A stretch of DNA of 64,000 bases, from contig OX597838.1 of the NCBI GenBank assembly GCA_951406725.2, positions 7,254,001-7,318,000 on the forward strand. The letters are read 5' to 3'. Below the pieces are notes generated by a model, which saw only the letters and a program-made list of their open reading frames with translations, had not been told where the DNA came from and made no database searches. Source of the stretch: Octopus vulgaris (lineage: Eukaryota). A program made the position numbers and the translations under genes. Within the stretch, counting starts at the first letter, position 1; each line of letters begins with the position of its first letter. Positions 53,600 to 64,000 of this stretch are shown here, piece by piece.

Positions 53600-54461
53600 G
53601 TATGTCTGTATGTACATATCCATATATAACAGTATATCTATATAGAGAATATAAATACACTTATACTTACATACATGCATTTCTGTATACACTCGTATGT
53701 TCATAAAATCCCATTCTTCTCTCTCTCTCTGATTCTATGTCTGAGAATTTGCCAGATAAATTATGTTTGCACACACATATGCACATAAGCACACGCACAG
53801 ACTGACACGCACGCACACACTTACGCTGGAGCGCCCATGCACTCATAGATTGTGAAAGAATATGACCCTCTGATGGTGTAGATGCTTGCCTGTGTGCAAG
53901 TGCGTACATGCGTGTAAGTTCGCTTGTAATAATATGTCTGTATGTGCCTGTGTGTATTTGTGTGTGCGTATGTGTCTTCGAAAATTACTATAGAATTAGA
54001 TGATTGCATTTTCAGTTTTAAAGTTCCCCTTTTCGCCTCCTGTGTACTTCATGCGGTGGGGAAGTTCGATCTGGAAGCGAACCTTTGGGTTAAGTAGTTT
54101 TGACATTCTATAATGGTAAAAAAAAAAAAAGAGAGAGATATCAACTCTGTATAGCCTGATCTCTGAGATTTCAAGCCAATGCCTCTGACCTAGAAATGGC
54201 TGGGCTGTGTGTAGCGTAAGAATACCTAATTGTAGGCAAGTGCCTTAGTGATAGGGATATTGCGCTCGGGGGGAAGTCGCTGCTTTTTTGAGCAAGTCTT
54301 TTCATTCCACGCTGGTCCAGACCTCTCAGCTGAGAAAATATGTGACTTGCGATGGGTGGTGAATATATATACACGACAAAATTCCTGAAAATAAACGTTT
54401 AACTTTATTGCATAGGAATACTCTTTGATCCTTTCCGATATACGAACATACACAGATACAC

Positions 54462-54588
<127 letters not shown>

Positions 54589-54665
54589 TACGAACATGCA
54601 TATACAGTTTTAGATGTTTATATACTTACATAAAATACACACTCTCGCACACGCGCACACACGTG

Positions 54666-54719
<54 letters not shown>

Positions 54720-54723
<4 letters not shown>

Positions 54724-54932
54724 TCACGTTAAACCGTTAATTTCAAATACATATTGTTTTCTCAAAATTTTAAACTTTCTTTGCTTAATTTTTTGCCATT
54801 CAACCGTTTTTGTGAAAGGGCGTAGAGTCGAAACGTCAAAGTCGTTTCTATGTTTTCGGAGCGTTCTACTAGTATACAAGCTCGTCATTCCATCAGGTGC
54901 CATTTTTTGTCTGTTTTCTGCACATCTGGTCT
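54720..54932 (+). mobile_element. Diverged relative of the hammerhead-like element between (TA)n tracts
   Basis: tgtgaaagggcgtagagtcgaaacgtcaaagtcgtttctat...ggagcgtt aligns to ctgtagaagagcgtaggctcgaaacgtaaaatac...tttctattcctgagcgtt. Confidence 0.55.
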
Positions 54933-54983
54933 ATATATATATATGCACCATATATGTTTGTGCACATATGTGCGTGGATATAT

Positions 54984-55041
<58 letters not shown>

Positions 55042-55538
55042 ATGTGTGTGTGTGTATGTCTGTGTTTATGCGTGTGTTTGTGTGTTTGCGTGTGGCTTTG
55101 TGTGTCTGAGGAACGTGTCAAGTTCTTGACAGTGTTAGAGGGTCCGAATTTGTTAGTAAAACATTAAAATTCACGTAGCTCCTCTACGCTCTTTTAGCAA
55201 AACTGACTAATTATGAGACTGGCCGTCGTCCCATCCACTTCACGCCACAATCCACCAATAATCCTGCATGATTCTATGGCTCAGAAGAACGAAACCTGAT
55301 AGGAATTTCTTTAAATCAAAACCAGATTCACTGATAAATAAAATATTTATAAATTTGCAGTTTAAATGAGAATCAAAAAATATCTTTCGAGAACTTACTT
55401 GGAAGATCTTTAACAGCGATAACTTAAATACGAGCAACAATTAACTTTGAGAAATATATCGTGGCAGAAATTCCAATAATATGCAACATAAATAACGAAT
55501 GTGCTCTTCATCAAATATCGACTTGCTATCTTTTATCT

Positions 55539-55778
55539 GTGGAGGCGCGTGGCTTAATGGTTAGGGTGTCAGCATCATGATCGTAAGATTGTGGTTTTGA
55601 TTCTTGGACCGGACGACGCGTTGTGTTCTTGAGCAAAACACTTCATTTTTTGTTGCCCCACTCCACTCACCTGGCAAAAATGAGTAAAGCTGCGATGAAC
55701 TGGCGTCTCGTCCATATGGAGAACACATACGCCATTGAAACCGGGAAACCGAGACTGGCTAGGCTTTAAAAGGGCGCA
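55539..55778 (+). mobile_element. SINE family D
   Basis: Second copy of 50248-50495. Confidence 0.9.
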
Positions 55779-56128
55779 AGAAGATCTTTTATCTATTGCG
55801 TCTCTTATGTTTCTGTCGTTAGAGTAAGGGTTATGCTGGGTCACGGTGTTGGGGATTTATATTTGAACAAATCCACACAAGTACGTATTTCTTCTTAAAA
55901 CCTGATAATTATTGTATCGTTCTCTTATGGCGAACTGCTATATGACGCAGGCGTAAAGAATCCGATACCGGTTGTCAAACCGCATGAAACAGCGAGACAT
56001 GCTCTCACACACATATACAATGGGCTTCTTTCAGTGTATATGTACCGAATCTACTCAGACGTCTCTGTTTCATCCGAGGCTATAGTAGAAGACATTTGCC
56101 CAAAGTGCAACAAAGTAGGACTGTTAAA

Positions 56129-56360
56129 AGCGACGAGCTGGCAGAAACGCTAGCACGCCGGGCGAAATGCTTAGCGGTATTTCGTCTGTCGTTACGTTGT
56201 GAGTTCAAATTCCGCCGAGGTCAACTTTGCCTTTCATCCTTTCGGGGTCGATAACTTAAGTACCAGTTACACACTGGGATCGATGTAATCGACTTAATAC
56301 CTATGTCTGTCCTTCTTAGTCCCCTCTGTGCTTAGCCCCTTGTGGGTAATAAAGAAATAG
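56129..56360 (+). mobile_element. SINE A nested in an oppositely oriented old SINE C (~55900-56410)
   Basis: Host sequence ...gacatttgcccaaagtgc...ggactg resumes after the insert as gtaccatgtg...gcaagcttctt...cacagccatacctgcg. Confidence 0.9.
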
Positions 56361-57078
56361 GTACCATGTGTCTAGGAGGCAAGCTTCTTGGATCACAGCC
56401 ATACCTGCGTCCATATACCTAATCATCACTCCCGGTGCTTAAATGTTGGCAAGAGCCGTCCACAACATCAATAAAAAATATAAGTGACATAAATAGAAAT
56501 AAAAGACAAAAAAAAATGAACACTCATTGAATATTACAAGATGGTACGCTTCTTTTAATCTCACGTTACCAAGTGAAGAACCTTTGGAAGATATGTCAGA
56601 ATAAGAGATGTTTGATAGATTTTAATGGACATTGATATTTGCAAAATTACGTTACATACAAGTCTGAAAAAAATAATCTAAAACTGTAAAAGTTATAAGA
56701 AAAATGTCCATTTATAAATCTTGATATGAAGCCGTATAAATTTGTGTCTGAGAAAGATAAAGTGCCGAAGAAAGAGGGAAATAAATAAACGTGGAGAGGG
56801 AGAGAATGTGTGGAAAAATACAATGAAATTGAAAAGATATTCTCTGTATCAAAATGATAGAAGACGCATCCAGCTGGGCTGTGCTTCTCTTGCAAGTGTC
56901 TTCCGTGTTATTTACAGGTGCGTACAAGACAGGGAAAGTAAAAACAGGGATGTGGGTCTATACCGACGCCTATCAGAATGGATAGATCTAGTAAAAAATC
57001 GGCCCTAGTTGTGTCAGGAATCGTTGTATTTTGTGGACCTCTATGTTCAGATGAAACAAATTGATGAAAATTAGTTAA

Positions 57079-57470
57079 GGCGGCGAGCTGGCAGAATCGT
57101 TAGCCGGCCAGGCCAAATGCTTAGCGGTATTTCGTCTGCCGCTACGTTCTGAGTTCAAATTCCGCCGAGGTCGACTTTGCCTTTCATCCTTTCGCGGTCG
57201 ATTAAACAAGTACCAGTTACGCACTGGGGTCGATGTAATCGACTTAATCCGTTTGTCTTCTTTGTGTTTAGCCCCTTGTGGGTAGTAAAGAAATAGGTAT
57301 TTGGTCTGTCTTTACGTTCTGCATTCAAATTCTGCCGAAGTAGACTTAGCCTTTCATCCTTTCGGGGTCGATTAAATAAGTACCAGTTATGCACTGGGGT
57401 CGATATAATCAACTTAATCCGTTTGTCTGTCCTTGTTTGTCCCCTCTGTGTGTAGCCCCTTGTGGGCAGA
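57079..57470 (+). mobile_element. SINE A dimer
   Basis: Junction aagaaatag|gtatttgg at ~57296. Confidence 0.93.
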
Positions 57471-58220
57471 AAAAAAATTAGAAAAGCTATATTGGTTTCA
57501 AATTTTGGTAGAAGTCGAAAAGTTTCGAGGGAGGCGATGGAGTCGATTATATCGAAACCGATACTCGGGTGTTACGTACTTCATGGATCCCGTAAAGGCT
57601 GAACAATAAGTTCAATCTCGACAGCATTTAAACATAGAACATAAATAAAGACGGGCAAATTACCGCTCACCCTGTTACCCGCTGTGACAATGAACCAGCC
57701 AGCGCGTCCCGTTAAACACGAACGTTATAATACAGTAAACAGCGTACGACAAACGATAAGACAGTAAGACAGCCGAAACAGACAATGTCGTGAGCGACGG
57801 AGGATCCATTTCCTAATTTGTTATCAAAATATACGTAAGACAACGCATTAGTCTATGAAGTAATTACAAGACATGAGACAGAGTAAAAGTTTGATGTTAT
57901 TCCTGAGATATTTATTAACCGAATTGTGTCGCACGCAAGGCCAAACCACAATCTTCGTTAACTTAGGAAAAGTAACAGTATACGAAAACATAACATGTTA
58001 TTTGCGTGTCTGTGTTTCTGTCTGAACGAGTACATATTTCAGTTGTTTATACGTCTGTGTGTTAAAAGTGTACTAGAGGATAACACCTAGGCGAAAGAGT
58101 AAGAACAAACATATATCTATTTATCGATCTATTTATCGCTGATCCGTTCTTATCTATCAATCTCTCTGTTAAAATGTCTCTCTTTCGGTCTGCATCTGTC
58201 TACGTATGTATGCATGTATG

Positions 58221-58254
<34 letters not shown>

Positions 58255-58297
58255 TGTATGTATGTATGTATCTATCTATCTATCTATCTATCAATCC

Positions 58298-58359
<62 letters not shown>

Positions 58360-58364
58360 TTGTA

Positions 58365-58422
<58 letters not shown>

Positions 58423-58628
58423 ATCTATCTATCTATTTATCTATCTATGTAACTATCTATCTAAATATCTACCTCTCTCTCCGTGTATGTATATGTATAT
58501 TAAATACATACATACATATATATATATATATGTGTGTGTGTGTATGTGTGCTTGTGTGTGTTTATGAGTGTGTGTAAGTATATCTATATGTACATACATA
58601 TATATGCACACACATCCATACATATGTG

Positions 58629-58675
<47 letters not shown>

Positions 58676-58730
58676 TATATATGTATATATGTATGCATAT
58701 GAGCATACGCATGTATCTATATAGCTATAT

Positions 58731-58795
<65 letters not shown>

Positions 58796-59391
58796 CACCG
58801 AGAGAAAGAGAGATTTGTGCATGTGCGCATATGTATATAAATGTAAGTATCATTACATACATACTTCTGTATAACTTTATATACGTATATCAGTATATAT
58901 ATATATATTTCTACACACCTGTGTATGTGACTTTGTGTGTGTATCTAATATTCATGCGTAAGGTGTTGCCTACCTTACTTTCCTGTGGTTCAGTTTGGTT
59001 TCCATTCTTTAATCGTATATCGAACGGAATAAAGTGCTTAATGCACTTAAACTGTAATGCAGATATATTTAAATTGAAGAAATACAGAGAATAGAGTCTG
59101 TCACAGTTTGAAATAAATAACCTCTCTTGGTTTTAACAAAGCATTAGCTCTGGCGGATAGCGCGATGGAATTGAATACGAGGAAACTACAAAGTCGCAGA
59201 GAAACACACACACACACACATACACACACACACGCACATACACACAAACAGACACACACACACAAACACAAACTGTTTATATATAATAATATATACACAG
59301 ACATATACACACAGACACTCACACACACGCACAAACACGTATATATATATGCATGTATATATATATATATATATATAATAGGATATATATA

Positions 59392-59441
<50 letters not shown>

Positions 59442-59532
59442 ATATTATATATATATTATATAAATATATATAATATATATGTATATATATATATATATTA
59501 TATACATATATATATCTATTATATATATATAG

Positions 59533-59563
<31 letters not shown>

Positions 59564-59564
59564 T

Positions 59565-59627
<63 letters not shown>

Positions 59628-59958
59628 ACACAGTTATAGGGGAGCTGGCGTGTTTGTAATGCAATTATTTCACTTCCCGTCTAAATGATTCCGTATGTAT
59701 ATGTCTGTGCGTATCTTGGCATTTACATTTGTTTTCGCAAATCCAGTGGAAAGCCGATATCCGCTGCTTTACGCTTGCGAAACACGGTGGTCTCAGCAAA
59801 GAAGTCTTTCTCAGTATGTACCTGATATACATTGAAGTACCAAGTGTCTATGTGTAAATAGGTGAGACCAATATAACGTGGATGTCTTGTTATTTACTGT
59901 GTTTTTCACTTCAGATATATTCATATATTGATTCTAGCTGGATATAAGCACACACAAG

Positions 59959-60030
<72 letters not shown>

Positions 60031-61307
60031 CATATATAAGTATGTATATATATATATATATGTATATATCTACATACATATATAAGTATATATATATATA
60101 TGTAAAATGTTATATATATATATATAAATACATACATATACATATACACGCATATATATATAATAACCAGATGATAGGAATGACATGAAAGAAAACCTCT
60201 GTATGCCATCTGTTGCGTCATCTTTGTTAGTTACATAATCGACGCTTTATCATACGTCACAACAGTTTATTTTTACCTCCCCCTTTCCAAATACTGACAG
60301 AGAATTTTTACACCACAGGAATTTATCAAAGTTAACACATTAATATAAGACATGGTACTTTCCTCTTCTGGGACTTGCGCGTAGTATTTGACCTTTTGGT
60401 TCCATTGAGGAAAAAATATTAATGCTGAGTGTCTTCCAGATGTATAAAGACAGAATATTAACGCATCCGCCAAAACCTCAGGAACTATTTCAAGTATAAT
60501 ATAAATAAGGATGCGAGGTCGGAGAAAATGATATATTTATGACTCGCTCTAGAGAATTTACTCAATGTTGTCTTCTGAATTAAACATGGCGATACGACAA
60601 TTAAAAGAATGTCCGCTGAAGAACACAACGAGGCGCAATGTTTCTGCAGTTAAATAATTCCATGAAAAATGGAGACATTTAGCGTACACATAGATAGTTC
60701 AGTCTTCTTGAGCCGGTTCCGTTCGTGCTGCCGTGTTTAGTTTCAAGACCTTTATATGTTTTATGATTTTATTATTTTTCCTAATGGATTTACCGTAAAC
60801 ACATGTGTTTTATTAGATTGTGTAGTAATGGAAAGGCGCCCGTCATCTGTCGTACTTTTAGCGAATAAACTATAAGAATAATCAAGAGGGATAAGAACAC
60901 TTCCACCACCAACGATACGTACAACAATACCAACAACACCTGCAATAAATGGAAGGAAAAAAAACCAAAAAAAACAACCAGCGACATTAAAAGCAGTTCT
61001 CTTTTTTATTTTTCAGTAATTATATTCAACTATCCTTAAAATTGATTTATCATGTACATATTTATATAACTTTCTCAATGAATATTTTTCATCCAGATCC
61101 ATTTCAGTTTATTGTGAAAAAAGGGGTTTTTACCCTTTCATTCCGGAATAAAGAAAGCAAACATACGAACAATATAAATAAAAATGTCTTTATGTATGTG
61201 TGTGTACGGGAGTATTCGAGTGTGTGTGTGTGTGGTTGTTTCTGTATAGATAAACATGTGCACACACACACACACGCACACACACACACATATATATATA
61301 TATATGA

Positions 61308-61345
<38 letters not shown>

Positions 61346-61450
61346 TATATATGTATGCATATATATGTATGTGTGTATGTATATACATATATATATATTG
61401 TTGTTGTTGTTGTTGTTTAAACGCTTCGTGAGATTCTGTGCCCACATATG

Positions 61451-61498
<48 letters not shown>

Positions 61499-61544
61499 GA
61501 TGTATGTACATATGCGTATGTATATATCCATATATATATATATA

Positions 61545-61588
<44 letters not shown>

Positions 61589-61636
61589 GTATATGTATGT
61601 ATATATATATATATATATATATATACATACTTATAC

Positions 61637-61711
<75 letters not shown>

Positions 61712-62232
61712 ATATATATATATGTACGTGTGTGTGTGTATCTACTGTACGTATGTATGTATATATGCATGCATCTATGTATGCATGTATATTTGTTAAA
61801 ATGAAAATAGTGCATCACGGAAAAACAGATTTATAATAAATATCTTCCAAATAATATTTATATTTCAATAGTTGCTTTACATCGTGAATTACTTTTTTTA
61901 AAGTTTCATGTTATTTCTCTCAGTGATTCCAAAGCAGTCTTTCATCCATTTTTCCTTCCTTTCCTTCTCTCGTTCTCACTTTCACTGATTCTTCTTCGTT
62001 TCCTTCTTTCTGTCTTCAACTTTTCCTTATTTCTTTCTCCTTTACATCATTTCCATTTAATGCGAAATATTTCGAGTTAAGTGGCCTATTGATGGCATGA
62101 AAAGTTTTAAAAGAACCCAATATATATTTACAGTTCAGTTTCTCTCTCTTTCTCTCTCGTTCTCTTTCTCTCTCATCTTGTCTCTCTCTCTCCCCATATA
62201 CCTCACTATCTATCTATATATCTACCTATCTA

Positions 62233-62286
<54 letters not shown>

Positions 62287-62466
62287 ATATCGCTCTCTCC
62301 CTCTCTCTCTATATATATATCTATCTATCTATCTATCTATCCATATGTATATATATACACATATATATATATATACACACATGTATGTGCTTGTGATTTA
62401 TATATGCATATATATGTATATCTTTCTATATATAGACACACATACACACACACATATATATATATC

Positions 62467-62507
<41 letters not shown>

Positions 62508-62613
62508 TGCATATATACATATATTTATATACGTGTGTATGTATGTATATCCATTAGACAGCTAGAGAGAGCCAGAAACAGACATACAGACACATAAACA
62601 GAGAGATAGATAT

Positions 62614-62674
<61 letters not shown>

Positions 62675-62887
62675 AACAGTGAAGCTTATACAGATATACT
62701 GTTACTCTAAGTTAACTGCCAATACTGATACAGTTGCCTCTGCCGAGTATATTTAAGTGGTAAGTCTCCGGACAAGCTACGGTGGAGAAACACTATTCGG
62801 ACTGAGCAAAATTCTTTTCTAGACTTTCTAAACCCAAACATTCACACGCACGCACGCACACACACACACATACACGCACTGTATATA

Positions 62888-63190
62888 TGGAGCCAAATGG
62901 CACATATCCTAGTGGTTAGGGCAGCAGACTCGCTGTCGATGAATCGCAGGTTCGAATCTCACACTGGGCGATGTGTGTGTTTATGAGAGAAACACCTAAG
63001 CTCCACGCGGCTCCGGCGCAAGGCAATGGCGAACCTCTGCTGACTCCTTCGCCACAACTTTCTCTCACTCTTTCCTCCTGCATCTTGCAGCTCACTTGCG
63101 ACCGACTGGCGTCCCGTTCAGGTGGGGAACCTATACGCCAAAGAAACCGGGAAACCGGTCCTTATGAGCCAGGTATGGCTTGAGAAGGAA
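62888..63190 (+). mobile_element. SINE with B-type head/body and tail type 3
   Basis: gtggttagggcagcagactcgc...aaacacctaagctccacgcggctccggc...ccacaactttctctcactct, then gactggcgtcccg...gaaaccgggaaaccgg...atgagcc. Confidence 0.85.
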
Positions 63191-63254
63191 CACACAACAA
63201 CAACAACAGTATATATCACGCTGCACACATTCACACAAACACACTCACACATAT

Positions 63255-63400
63255 ACATATGTTTCCGTCTACCAAATCTATTAAAAAGCTTTGAACAGTC
63301 CCAGAGAATAGCGGAAGACACCCAAGATATTACGCAGTAGACTGAACCCGGGATCATGTGGTTGGTAAGCAACCTACTTACCATATAGCCACCCCTGCAC
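63255..63400 (-). mobile_element. SINE C 5' half
   Basis: tttccgtctaccaaatc...gactgaacccgggatcatgtggttggtaagcaacctacttacca. Confidence 0.85.
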
Positions 63401-63402
63401 CT

Positions 63403-63453
<51 letters not shown>

Positions 63454-63574
63454 TGTATATATATATGTATATATATATATATACATAAATATATATACAT
63501 ATATACATATATATCTATGAACAAATATATATTTATATATGCACACATACATATATTTATACATATATAAATAA

Positions 63575-63606
<32 letters not shown>

Positions 63607-63755
63607 TTGTATGTGTGTGTATATATAAATATATATTTGTCCATATATATATATATGTATATATGTATTTATATAAATATAAATGTTGATATATATATCT
63701 ATATATATATACATAGATACATATATTTATACATATATATATATATACACACACA

Positions 63756-63827
<72 letters not shown>

Positions 63828-64000
63828 CAGATGCATTTAGAACACGCGCACTTTTTTCCTCATGTATGCGCGCGTTCAAAGCGAGGCTTGATATCTGAAA
63901 GGGGTTTGGCGCGGGATATGAAGCAATGAAAGATAAAATGGGTTAGAAAATGTTCTTTATCGCATTGTAGCAACATTTAAAAATAAAACCTATACATATA

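Overview
A 64-kb, AT-rich eukaryotic window that is almost entirely non-coding. Microsatellites ((TA)n, (CA)n, (GATA)n, (GGT)n, (GAT)n, (TTA)n, (GAA)n) and several tRNA-derived SINE families dominate it. The repeat content resembles an octopus (coleoid cephalopod) genome; this is recognition from memory, not a database result. Nearly all ORFs in the supplied track are microsatellite or SINE artefacts. The recognisable protein relics are transposon fragments: two Helitron PIF1-helicase remnants (one with its 3' hairpin-CTAG end), a Dong/R4-type RLE non-LTR fragment inside (TAA)n, two CR1-group LINE 3' ends and a Tigger-like MITE. The minus strand carries splice signals that suggest one large, intron-rich gene: a 78-nt in-frame exon (9210-9287), a zero-length AG|GTAAG recursive-splice-like site (~42126) and a 12-nt microexon (47746-47757). 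The main leads are four. (i) SINE family A forms head-to-tail multimers with the same junction at four independent loci. (ii) A short dispersed element carries a minimal hammerhead-ribozyme fold with a conserved non-canonical core (CUGU instead of CUGA). (iii) SINE heads and tails are shuffled combinatorially. (iv) The microexon and recursive-site candidates above. SINE family letters A-D are my own labels.
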